61,841 nucleotides of DNA from Rhodospirillales bacterium. Lineage in GTDB: Bacteria; Pseudomonadota; Alphaproteobacteria; Rhodospirillales; 2-02-FULL-58-16. This document shows, one piece after another, positions 1 through 8,243 of the stretch (position 1 is the first letter of the stretch; each line of letters begins with the position of its first letter). The stretch is from positions 1 to 61,841 of the forward strand of contig DASCPW010000054.1 of NCBI GenBank assembly GCA_036012725.1, written 5' to 3'. Below the pieces are notes generated by a model, which worked only from the letters and a program-made list of their open reading frames with translations, made no database searches and was not told the DNA's origin. Made by a program: the position numbers and the translations under genes.

Positions 1-396
1 GGGAACGGTCAGATCCGGCACCAAGTCCTTGACCATCGGCATATGGGGCAGGGGATAGATTTTTACCTCGCCCTTGATGTCCTCGATGGGTTTGAGGCAG
101 GCCAGGGTGTTGACGCCGTCGATATTCATGGCGCAGGAACCACAAATGCCCTCGCGGCACGAGCGGCGGAAGGTGAGGGTGGAATCGATCTCATCCTTGA
201 TCTTGATCAGGGCGTCCAGCACCATCGTCCCGCATTTGTCCATGTCCACCTCGAAGGTGTCGAGGCGGGGGTTTTCGCCGCTGTCGGGGTCAAACCGGTA
301 GATCTTGAAACCGCGGCTGTTGGTGATACCGGTTTCCGCCTTGAATGTCTTGCCATCGACGACCCTGGATTCGGGGGGAAGGACAAATTCAACCAT
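1..396 (-). CDS. sdhB: succinate dehydrogenase iron-sulfur subunit (N-terminal part; gene runs off the window start)
   Basis: My own minus-strand translation from the ATG at 396 gives [21 protein letters not shown]...[26 protein letters not shown], which carries the SdhB/FrdB 2Fe-2S Cys motif. It lies directly downstream of sdhA. It is absent from the ORF track because the window edge truncates it. Confidence 0.9.
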   Translation of the reverse strand, partial: MVEFVLPPESRVVDGKTFKAETGITNSRGFKIYRFDPDSGENPRLDTFEVDMDKCGTMVLDALIKIKDEIDSTLTFRRSCREGICGSCAMNIDGVNTLACLKPIEDIKGEVKIYPLPHMPMVKDLVPDLTVP

Positions 397-410
397 ATCG
401 CCGTCGCCTC

Positions 411-2201
411 CTAATAAACCCGAGCCTGTGGCTCGATGTAATCGACCTCGTCGGTGAGCGTCCAGGTATGGACCGGCCGATAGTTGATCGTCACCTTGCC
501 GTCGTCGCCGATCCAGGCCAGGGTATGTTTCATCCAGTTCTTGTCATCCCGGTCGGGGAAGTCCTCGCGGGCGTGCGCCCCCCGGCTTTCCTGGCGTGCC
601 TCGGCGGAATACATGGCCGCCCGGGCACAGGCCATGAGGTTTTCAAGCTCCAGGGCCTCCACCAAGTCCGAGTTCCAAATCATCGAACGGTCGCCAAGAC
701 CGATATCGGCGAGGGACGCCGCCACCTTGTCGATGATTTCACAGCCCTCGGCCAACACCTTTTCATCCCTAAAAACGGCGGCGTGGCCTTGCATGTCGCG
801 CTGCATGGCGTGGCGGATTTGCGCTGTTTTCAGCGGACCAGAAGCATGGCGCAAACGGTCGAAACGCGATAACGCCAGGTCGGCCGAATCCTTGGGCAAG
901 GATTTGTGCTGGTTTTCCTGGTCGATCAACTCGGTGGCGCGGATCGTCGCGGCGCGGCCGAAAACGACGATGTCGAGCAGCGAGTTGGTACCCAGCCGGT
1001 TGGCGCCGTGCACCGAGGCGCAGGCGCATTCGCCAATGGCCATGAGACCGGGGACAACCGCGTCGGCGTCGCTTTCCGTCGGGCGCAGGGCCTCGCCATG
1101 AAGGTTGGTGGGGATGCCGCCCATGGTGTAATGGGCCGTCGGCAAGACCGGAATCGGCTCCTTGTCGGCATCGACACCGGAGAAGACCTTGGCCGTCTCG
1201 GTAATTCCCGGCAGACGCTCAGCCAAAACATCCTTGCCCAAATGCTCCATGTGCAGCAAAAGATGGTCCTTTTCCGGACCGACGCCGCGACCCTCGCGGA
1301 TCTCGATGGTCATGGCGCGGCTGACCACGTCGCGGGAGGCCAGGTCCTTGGCGGTCGGCGCGTAGCGCTCCATGAAACGCTCGCCCTCGGAATTGGTCAG
1401 GTAGCCGCCCTCGCCCCGTGCTCCTTCGCTAATCAGGCAGCCGGCGCCGAGGATGCCGGTGGGATGGAACTGAACGAACTCGTGATCCTGCAAGGGCAGC
1501 CCCGCCCTCGCCACCATGCCGTTGCCATCGCCGGTGCTGGTATGGGCCATGGTGCAAGAGGAATAGATACGGCCGTAGCCGCCAGTGGCGATCACCGTCA
1601 TATGCCCGCGGAAGCGGTGGATGGTGCCATCATCCAGATTCCAGGCGACGACGCCGCGGCAAACGCCGTCTTCGTCGAAAATAAGATCGATGGCGAAAAA
1701 CTCGATGAAGAACTCGGCTTTATGTTTCAGGCTCTGCTGATAAAGGGTATGCAGGATGGCGTGGCCGGTGCGGTCGGCGGCGGCACAGGCACGCGGCACC
1801 GGGGCCTCGCCGAAGTTGCGCATATGGCCACCGAAGGGCCGTTGATAGATTTTTCCCTCCGGGGTACGCGAAAACGGGACGCCGTAATGTTCCAACTCGA
1901 TCACCGCCGGGACGGCGTGGCGGCACATGTACTCAATGGCGTCCTGGTCACCCAGCCAGTCGGAGCCCTTAACCGTGTCATACATGTGCCACTGCCATTT
2001 ATCCTCGGCCATATTACCGAGAGCGGCGCCGACTCCGCCCTGGGCGGCGACGGTGTGGCTGCGGGTCGGAAAGACCTTGCTGATGCAGGCCGTTTTCAGT
2101 CCCACCGTTGCCATACCCATGGTCGCTCGCAAGCCGGCGCCACCGGCGCCGACGATGATGACGTCATACGTGTGATCGATGATCTCGTAAGCTTGCGACA
2201 T
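411..2201 (-). CDS. sdhA: succinate dehydrogenase flavoprotein subunit
   Basis: ORF 411..2225 contains [15 protein letters not shown] (FAD fold), SHTVAAQGG and other SdhA hallmarks. I prefer the ATG at 2201 (MSQAYEII...), which lies just after the sdhD stop. The longer start at 2225 is also possible. Confidence 0.95.
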   Translation of the reverse strand: MSQAYEIIDHTYDVIIVGAGGAGLRATMGMATVGLKTACISKVFPTRSHTVAAQGGVGAALGNMAEDKWQWHMYDTVKGSDWLGDQDAIEYMCRHAVPAVIELEHYGVPFSRTPEGKIYQRPFGGHMRNFGEAPVPRACAAADRTGHAILHTLYQQSLKHKAEFFIEFFAIDLIFDEDGVCRGVVAWNLDDGTIHRFRGHMTVIATGGYGRIYSSCTMAHTSTGDGNGMVARAGLPLQDHEFVQFHPTGILGAGCLISEGARGEGGYLTNSEGERFMERYAPTAKDLASRDVVSRAMTIEIREGRGVGPEKDHLLLHMEHLGKDVLAERLPGITETAKVFSGVDADKEPIPVLPTAHYTMGGIPTNLHGEALRPTESDADAVVPGLMAIGECACASVHGANRLGTNSLLDIVVFGRAATIRATELIDQENQHKSLPKDSADLALSRFDRLRHASGPLKTAQIRHAMQRDMQGHAAVFRDEKVLAEGCEIIDKVAASLADIGLGDRSMIWNSDLVEALELENLMACARAAMYSAEARQESRGAHAREDFPDRDDKNWMKHTLAWIGDDGKVTINYRPVHTWTLTDEVDYIEPQARVY

Positions 2202-2208
2202 GCCCGGA

Positions 2209-2589
2209 TCAGTTCCCGAAGGCAAGGTGGAGAACGGCGCTAACGCTGGCGGCGCCGAGGAAGAAAAAAGAGAACTTAACAGCGATCAGGAGCGCCATTT
2301 TGGCCGTCTCTCCATGCACATAGTCCTCTATGACGACTTGCAAGCCCAGTTGCGCGTGGTGAAAAAGGGCAACAATCAACAAGACCAGCAAAAGGCCGTT
2401 GCCGAAGGAGCCTACCCAGGACTTGAAGATGGCGTGATCGGCGTCGGCGAGGAAGACCACCGAGAACATGAACCACAGAACCAACGGCACCAAGGCCACG
2501 GACGTCAACCGCTGTGCCCACCAATGGCCGACCCCCTCCTTGGCCGAGCCGAGGCCTTGTACCCGCCCCAGGGATGAACGCATCTCCAT
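2209..2589 (-). CDS. sdhD: succinate dehydrogenase membrane anchor subunit
   Basis: This is the inner part of ORF 2209..2715, starting [30 protein letters not shown]..., with three hydrophobic helices. Its ATG overlaps the sdhC stop (TAATG). Its position between sdhC and sdhA fits the call. Confidence 0.85.
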   Translation of the reverse strand: MEMRSSLGRVQGLGSAKEGVGHWWAQRLTSVALVPLVLWFMFSVVFLADADHAIFKSWVGSFGNGLLLVLLIVALFHHAQLGLQVVIEDYVHGETAKMALLIAVKFSFFFLGAASVSAVLHLAFGN

Positions 2590-2984
2590 TAAATTTTTCC
2601 CCCCACCATGTAGGCGGCAAACCAGATCAAGACAGTCAGCGCCATTGACGCCACTACCACCACCGCGCCGGAGTTTCGCAATCGGGAAAGCTCGAACCCC
2701 CAACCGATATCCCACAACAAGTGCCGGATACCGTTACACAAATGATAGAAGAGGGAAAAAGTCACCCCGAACAAAATCAGGCACCCGAACCAATGCCCAA
2801 AGAAAGCTTGCGCCCGGGCGTAGGACACTGGTCCATAGGCCGCCGAGGCCAACCAGTAGGTGAGAAGCAGGGCGGCGGCCGCCAAAACCACGCCCGTCAT
2901 ACGATGCGTGACCGAGAGAATCGAGGTGACCTGGGGTCGGTATATCTGCAAGTGGGGAGAAAGCGGCCGGTTTCCCGTACTCAT
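2589..2984 (-). CDS. sdhC: succinate dehydrogenase cytochrome b556 subunit
   Basis: The ORF starts MSTGNRPLSPHLQIYRPQVTSILSVTHRMTG..., the typical SdhC N-terminus (SPHLQIY, SI.HR.TG). It is the first gene of sdhCDAB. Confidence 0.85.
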   Translation of the reverse strand: MSTGNRPLSPHLQIYRPQVTSILSVTHRMTGVVLAAAALLLTYWLASAAYGPVSYARAQAFFGHWFGCLILFGVTFSLFYHLCNGIRHLLWDIGWGFELSRLRNSGAVVVVASMALTVLIWFAAYMVGGKI

Positions 2985-3227
2985 CGGCGGGCCCTCCTGG
3001 CGACGGAAACAATCCGTTCCGGCGTCGGCGCCGGAAATACACCGAGAAAACCGGCTTCAGCAAACCCGGAGTGAATTCTGACTGCGTCGGTTTCGTTTAA
3101 ACGCTCGGTAAATTCGAGTCAATGTCCACCACCTGAAAAACCGACTGATAAAGGCCACCGTCAGCCGCGGCGCCGGCATGGACTAAAATGCCGAACCAGG
3201 ACACCCCGCGCAGAAGTTAACAAAGAA

Positions 3228-3288
3228 TGTGTATAGGTATGTGGATAAATTGTGGGTTAAATGTGTAAATGTAGAGAATTTATACACA
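3228..3288. promoter_or_regulatory. array of DnaA-box-like 9-mers in an AT-rich island upstream of sdhC
   Basis: The boxes are TGTGtATAg (3228), perfect TGTGGATAA (3240-3248), TGTGGgTtA (3251) and TGTGtAAAt (3262), spaced 11-12 bp apart. An inverted TTATaCACA sits at 3280-3288. A nearly pure A/T tract with tandem TTTATAAA follows at 3289-3345. Confidence 0.35.
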
Positions 3289-3804
3289 GAAAACTTTATA
3301 AATTTATAAATTTTTAGTTGAAATAAGATTTCTATACTTACAGCATACAAAGTGTACGTGGAAGCGTAAAAGCAACTTTATTCTTGGCGGTAGGAACTTT
3401 CCTTGTGAATTTTTCTAACGTTTAAGAAAAAGCTGTCCCGAGGGGAAGGCGGCGCATAGTGCGTTGGCCAAGCCTGGGGTGCTGACGACTGGTGAAGCCG
3501 CCACGGGTTTCGGTCCAGGTGTGTTTCCACCGGTTGTGGACGGAAAGCCTCGGTTGAAGAGAGGCGGAACTTTATTTCGCGGAAGGGTCGGCTCTTCCCT
3601 GCGAGGGATTGGCTTTATCCGTGACGTGGCACCGCGACAGCCCGGCAGTTGCCGGTGTGGAGCGTTCGCCGCGAAGATGGGGGTACAGACTGTTGGTCAG
3701 GCTCGAGCGCCGGTCGTAAGGTCTCTCACCTCCGGAGGGGAAATTGAACGAATAAGCTAGCCCTTTTTTCGTTTGCCCCCTTGAAGGACCGCTAAGTGTT
3801 AGCC

Positions 3805-4005
3805 AGGCTTTCCGCCGAGGGTGGCCCGCGGCGGAACGGCCCCGGCAACGGGGTCGGCCAAAATGGACCACCACCATCCCGCCCCGCAACCTGTTCACTT
3901 GCCCAGAGTGCGCTTGCGGGAAGGGATGGTTGAAAGTGATCAGCGCTTTCGCGTGCATGGAGCCTAGCCGGCTTCAATGAGGCGTCAGGAGTGTCGTTTC
4001 GCTGG
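3805..4005 (+). promoter_or_regulatory. candidate (possibly degenerate) cobalamin-riboswitch-like leader element
   Basis: Motifs appear in the order expected for a cobalamin riboswitch. They are a hairpin CCGCCG(3812-17)/CGGCGG(3829-34), CCCGCCCCGCAACCTGT (3878-94), CACTT (3896-3900), GCGGGAAGGGA (3916-26) and GTCAGGAG (3984-91). Several core positions deviate from the consensus as I remember it, and no covariance model was run. Confidence 0.25.
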
Positions 4006-4175
4006 CGGCACGTTGCGCGGGTTTCCCAGGATCCGTGCACCTGGCGCTTCATTTTTGGGCAAAAAGTCTTCTCATCAACCTGGAGAGTATGCCCTGACCA
4101 CCGCCCCGGTGGAAAAAGTAATCCGTTGCGATTATATCGTCTATAATCACCGGGCAACTCAGGAAACGATGGATT

Positions 4176-4823
4176 ATGCCCGCCCGTATCAAGGAAAGCA
4201 TGAATCCCAGGGGGGCGGCCAGCCCCACTTTGCTCATTGCCTGCGGAGCACTGGCCACCGAGGTTCAGGCGGTGGTTGGCGCCAACGGCTGGGATCACAT
4301 CGACGTGGTCTGCCTGCCCGCTAAATTGCATTTCCAGCCTGGACTGATCCCCGAGGCCATGCGGGCCAAGATCCGGGCCAACAAAGAACATTACGGCCGC
4401 ATCTTCGTCCTCTACGGAGAATGCGGAACCGCCGGCAAGCTTGACTTGGTACTCGAAGAGGAAGGTGTGGAACGGATCAAAGGCGCCCACTGCTATGAAT
4501 TTTTTGCCGGTTTCACCGACTTCTCCGCCTTCGGCAAAGCCGAACTCGGCACCTTTTATCTTACCGATTTCCTGGCTCGCCATTTCGACAAGTTGGTGAT
4601 TGAAAGCTTAGGTCTGGACGAACATCCCGAGTTGCGTGACGTTTATTTCCACCGTTACCGCAAACTGGTCTACTTGGCGCAGATCGAGGATCGGCAACTG
4701 AAGGAAATGGCGAAAGCGGCGGCGAAGCGGCTGGGGCTCGAGTTCGCCTACCATTTCACGGGCTTGGGCGGCATCGAGGCCTTTTTCAACGAACAGGTCA
4801 ACGAAGGAGACGTTCATGGCTAA
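4176..4823 (+). CDS. DUF1638 domain-containing protein
   Basis: The 215-aa ORF has ...TLLIACGALATEV...VCLPAKLHFQPGLIPEAMR...FVLYGECGT...AHCYEFFAG, which matches my memory of DUF1638. An alternative start is the ATG at 4200, which has an AAGGA RBS. Confidence 0.8.
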   Translation: MPARIKESMNPRGAASPTLLIACGALATEVQAVVGANGWDHIDVVCLPAKLHFQPGLIPEAMRAKIRANKEHYGRIFVLYGECGTAGKLDLVLEEEGVERIKGAHCYEFFAGFTDFSAFGKAELGTFYLTDFLARHFDKLVIESLGLDEHPELRDVYFHRYRKLVYLAQIEDRQLKEMAKAAAKRLGLEFAYHFTGLGGIEAFFNEQVNEGDVHG

Positions 4824-5118
4824 GCTGACCGTCGTCTATTGGCGCGACATCCCCGCCCAGGTGATCGTCGACGGAGAAAACGGTTCGGCCAGGAAGCCTC
4901 TCGCCAGCCGCTTCCAGGAAACCATTGACGCCGCCGCCATGCACACGCAAGCGCATGAAAGCGGCGCCTATCTGGACGAATGGCGGCATGGCGATCCCGA
5001 GGCCTGTGGAGACGATCCCGAAGCCGAGGCCAAGGCCGCTGTAGCCCGTCTCGAAGCCGCCTACGATGATGATCGCTTGGCCGACTTGGTGGCTTCGGGC
5101 AGGCGGGAACCCGAGTAA
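4816..5118 (+). CDS. small 'virulence factor' family protein (the usual DUF1638 neighbour)
   Basis: The 100-aa ORF starts MAKLTVVYWRDIPAQVIVDG.... It overlaps the upstream gene by 8 nt, which suggests an operon. The family assignment is from memory. Confidence 0.65.
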   Translation: MAKLTVVYWRDIPAQVIVDGENGSARKPLASRFQETIDAAAMHTQAHESGAYLDEWRHGDPEACGDDPEAEAKAAVARLEAAYDDDRLADLVASGRREPE

Positions 5119-5123
5119 GATTT

Positions 5124-5245
5124 TAGAGCCTGCCCGGGGAGAGGGCATTTCCAGTTCACATGCCTTCACCTAAAATGCTCTATCTATCTATTTATTTTAA
5201 TGCAAATGCGTCGTCGCCGATGAGTCCATCGGCTCGGGATTTGCA
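5124..5245 (+). repeat. intergenic repeat element, copy A
   Basis: About 88% identical by eye to 48341-48442. It contains TTCAC-N5-TTCAC (5155-5169), CTATCTAT, an outer inverted repeat TGCAAAT/ATTTGCA and an inner hairpin GCCGATG-AGTC-CATCGGC (5216-5233). It has a 15-nt insertion relative to copy B just after TAGAGC. Confidence 0.75.
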
Positions 5246-5251
5246 ATAAAT

Positions 5252-6565
5252 ATGTCGACCGCGGACTGGAACCGCCGGGTGTGGCGGCTAGCCGGGCCGA
5301 TCATCCTTTCCAACATTTCCGTGCCCTTACTCGGCGCCGTCGATACGGCCGTTGTCGGCCACCTGCCGGATGCCCGTTATCTGGGCGCGGTCGCTGTCGG
5401 CGCAATGATTTTCAATCTCCTCTTTTTGGCTTTCACCTTCATGCGCATGAGCATCACCGGGCTCGCCGCCCAGGCGCTGGGAACTGGTGATGCCGACGAA
5501 GTACGGGCCTGCATGGCCAGGTCGCTGATCTTGGCGCTGGCCTTGGGCGGCGGGCTTTTACTTCTGCAACGGCCCTTGGGGTGGGGGGCCCTGACATTGG
5601 TCGCGGCCAGTGTCGATGTCGAACCCCTGGCCGAAGCCTATTTCGCCATCCGCATCTGGGCGGCGCCAGCGGCGCTTGCCAATTTCGCCATTCTCGGCTG
5701 GTTCATTGGCATCCGCAACACTTGCGCCGCGCTTATCCATCAACTGGCCATGAACGGCGTCAATATAGTGCTTGACCTGTGGTTTGTTCTCGGCCTTGGT
5801 CTTGGGGTCGAAGGGGTGGCGGCGGCGACCTTGATTTCGGAGCTGGGCGCGGCGGCGCTTGGGTTATGGCTGGTTGGCCTGAATACGAGACGCATCGGCG
5901 GGCGCTGGCGCCGCGACCTTGCCTTTGACGGCGCCCGGTTCTGGCGTCTGGCGGCAATCAACGGCGACATCTTCATCCGCAGCCTCTGCCTGCAAGCCGC
6001 CTTTGCCTTGTTCACCGTGATGGGGGCGAGAATGGGCGACACGGTGTTGGCCGCCAATGCCGTGCTGATGACTTTTCAGAGTTTCATCTCCAACGGCCTC
6101 GACGGCTTCGCCCACGCCGCGTCGGCCCTGGCCGGGGCGGCCATCAGCGCCGGCAGCCGTCGGCAATTGCGCGGCGCGGTGTTGGCGACAAGCCTGTGGG
6201 CGCTGGCCTTTGCCCTCTTTTTCACCCTCGGTTTTGCTTTTTTTGGAAGCTCTTTCATAAACCTCTTCACTGACATCGCGGAGGTGCGCGCGACCGCCCT
6301 CGCTTATCTTCTCTGGATCATGCTCTCGCCGTTGATCTCGGTATGGAGCTTCCAATTGGACGGCATCTTTGTCGGTGCCACGCGGACGGCGGAAATGCGT
6401 AACGCAATGATCGCCTCTCTTGCCGTATACGGCGCCGCCCTCGCCATTCTGGTCCCGCCCTTCGGCAATCACGGCCTGTGGGCGGCCTTGATGGTTCTGA
6501 TGGCGGCCCGCACCGCGACTCTGGCGATGTATTACCCCGGCATCGAGGTTTCGGCGGGGGATTGA
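5252..6565 (+). CDS. MATE family efflux transporter
   Basis: The 437-aa polytopic protein has the typical MATE N-terminus (W.R..RLAGPIILSNISVPLLGAVDTAVVGHL) and a 12-TM-like hydrophobicity pattern. Confidence 0.9.
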   Translation: MSTADWNRRVWRLAGPIILSNISVPLLGAVDTAVVGHLPDARYLGAVAVGAMIFNLLFLAFTFMRMSITGLAAQALGTGDADEVRACMARSLILALALGGGLLLLQRPLGWGALTLVAASVDVEPLAEAYFAIRIWAAPAALANFAILGWFIGIRNTCAALIHQLAMNGVNIVLDLWFVLGLGLGVEGVAAATLISELGAAALGLWLVGLNTRRIGGRWRRDLAFDGARFWRLAAINGDIFIRSLCLQAAFALFTVMGARMGDTVLAANAVLMTFQSFISNGLDGFAHAASALAGAAISAGSRRQLRGAVLATSLWALAFALFFTLGFAFFGSSFINLFTDIAEVRATALAYLLWIMLSPLISVWSFQLDGIFVGATRTAEMRNAMIASLAVYGAALAILVPPFGNHGLWAALMVLMAARTATLAMYYPGIEVSAGD

Positions 6566-6652
6566 GCAGGGCAAGCTATTCCATTTTGTCCATTGCCGGT
6601 GGTAGTTTTCCGTTTTAGCCGTTGAGCATGGATTTTTTTGAGGTAATCCCCA

Positions 6653-7015
6653 ATGACCGGCATTGAAGGCGACGACAAGGGCAACAAAAGACTTGACCTG
6701 TTCATCATCGAGGCTTGCGCCAACCCCGGGCGCAAGGACGATCTGATGGCCGATATCAAGGCCCTGTTCGGCGAATGGGAAACCGACGGCGCCGACGCCA
6801 TGGCCGTCGAACGACTGGCCGAGATGATCGCCAAGGCCTGGGCGGACCCGCTGTTTAAGGACCGTCTAATCGCCGACCCGAAAGGCGTACTGGACGAAAC
6901 GGTGGGGGATGCCGCCGGCGAAGCAAAAGCTGAGGGAGACGCCGCCGACGATAAATCCCATTTCTGCGGCTGTTACGACATGCTGGTCAGCAACTGCGCC
7001 TGCGGCGTCGATTAA
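6653..7015 (+). CDS. NHLP (nitrile hydratase leader peptide)-type RiPP precursor candidate with Cys-rich C-terminal core
   Basis: It carries the leader signature LAEMIAKAWADPLFKDRLIADPKGVLDE, followed by a Gly/Ala-rich linker and the core DDKSHFCGCYDMLVSNCACGVD. A GAGG RBS lies 9 nt upstream. An alternative start at ATG 6746 (AAGGA RBS) gives an 89-aa product. Confidence 0.7.
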   Translation: MTGIEGDDKGNKRLDLFIIEACANPGRKDDLMADIKALFGEWETDGADAMAVERLAEMIAKAWADPLFKDRLIADPKGVLDETVGDAAGEAKAEGDAADDKSHFCGCYDMLVSNCACGVD

Positions 7016-7026
7016 CCCTCGGCGAA

Positions 7027-7636
7027 CTAAATCCCTTGGGCAAACGGTAGGTCATTGGAATAGTTGACGGTATTAGTGGCCCGGCGCATGTAGTTCTTCC
7101 AGGCGTCGGCCGATATCGCGGCCACCGGATCACCGCAGACCAGAGCCAAGGCGAAGTTCCACGCCCAAACGGCGACCGGGAAATTAAAAGCGGTGATCAC
7201 GCCGACGGGGCCCAGCGGATGCCAAGTCTCCATCATCCGGTGCGCGGGCCACTCGCAAGCAATGGTGAGGCCGTGAAGCTGGTGCGACAAGCCGACGGCA
7301 AAGTCGCAGATGTTCGATCATCTCCCGCACCTCACCCAGGCTTTCCTGTAGGATTTTCCCGCATTCCACGCTCACCAGTCTGGCCAGCGGGTCTTGGAAC
7401 GCCCTCAGTTGCTCGCCGAAAAGGTGAATGAGCTCGCCGCTCCGGGGCACCGGCACCCGCCGCCATTGCAAAAAGGCGTCGTCGGCAAGGGTGACCTTGT
7501 TCTCCACGTCGGCCGGGGAATCCGTCCTTAGCCTGGCGATCTCGGCGCCATCCAGGGGCGAACGAACGACAAGGCCGCCTTTTGCAAGGTCTCTGGTATC
7601 GACGCCGAGGAGAGCGAAAAGTTCACTAATTTCCAT
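7027..7636 (-). pseudogene. aldehyde dehydrogenase (ALDH7/piperideine-6-carboxylate DH-like) pseudogene
   Basis: The N-terminal part (MEISELF...LGEVREMIE) shifts frame near 7311-7313, where one extra C is present. It then reads ICDFAVGLSHQLHGLTIACEWPAHRMMETWHPLGPVGVITAFNFPVAVWAWNFALALVCGDPV. That is joined directly (about 7120-7127) to the extreme C-terminus, DAWKNYMRRATNTVNYSNDLPFAQGI. About 300 codons are missing. Confidence 0.75.
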
Positions 7637-7811
7637 CTTCCACCCCGGCGGTATTCCTAAAGCCATGGCCCATTGCCGGCGGGGCTTTAGCATCACCTCG
7701 CTGGAAATGCCGAAAGGAGGAAACAAAGGGCAGCGGAAATTTCTCGTCGCCGCAAAGCATCGTCGGCAACGCAAACCCGTGTGCCGCCATGGCGGCCTGT
7801 TCAGGCTTGTT

Positions 7812-7976
7812 TTAGGAACTAAGGCTGGCGAGTTCGTCTTTGATTCGAAGTTTTTGTTTTTTGAGGGTGTTGATTTCTAGATCGTTAGGAAGGGGACGGT
7901 GATTTTCTTTTTCGATGGCGTCTTCAAGAGCACGATGTTTGGATTTCAGGGATTCGATACGCTCATCAAGACTCAT
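7812..7976 (-). CDS. DUF465 (YdcH-like) small protein
   Basis: My own translation gives MSLDERIESLKSKHRALEDAIEKENHRPLPNDLEINTLKKQKLRIKDELASLSS (54 aa). This is below the ORF-track cutoff. It follows the classic DUF465 pattern. Confidence 0.75.
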   Translation of the reverse strand: MSLDERIESLKSKHRALEDAIEKENHRPLPNDLEINTLKKQKLRIKDELASLSS

Positions 7977-8243
7977 GGCAATTTCCTTCCATTTAGGTAC
8001 AGGGGGTAATAGGTCGCCTCAAAAAGCCATCATACCCCAATCGCCCCAAAAAATCCATAAGATTGGCCTTGGCGCGGCCCGGCAAACACTCCCTGGGACG
8101 GCGCTAAAAGACCCCCGGCCCTGGACGCGGGACGCTTCCCGGACCGAGGCCCCGTTATCAGCCATACCACTTCTTTCAAGAATTTGTTATGATGGGGTTT
8201 TCATCCGCTAGGGTTCAGAGCAAGCCGTTGCCGGGCGAGGCAA

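Noticed and set aside
906-2243. Long ORFs antisense to or out of frame with clear genes. Examples: 906..2243 +, 14313..15182 -, 18680..19678 -, 32056..33603 -, 43600..45045 +, 45981..46778 -, 48489..49388 -, 57938..59362 + and 59945..61219 +.
   Set aside because: These are typical shadow ORFs of GC-rich coding DNA. Their translations are Arg/Gly/Ala/Pro-rich low-complexity sequence with no family resemblance. Each fully overlaps a gene with unmistakable homology on the other strand or frame.
3215-3345. Calling the DnaA-box/AT-rich island the chromosomal replication origin (oriC).
   Set aside because: None of the usual alphaproteobacterial origin neighbours (hemE, dnaA, parAB, gidAB) are present. 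Similar AT-rich islands occur at many promoters in this window (13860-13940, 36440-36610, 53520-53620). There is no strand-bias switch in gene orientation here. I kept it only as a DnaA-box cluster.
3464-3958. ORFs 3464..3760 (+) and 3572..3958 (-) inside the long leader as protein genes.
   Set aside because: They have no RBS, compositionally biased translations and mutual overlap on opposite strands. I recognise no family. The region is treated as non-coding.
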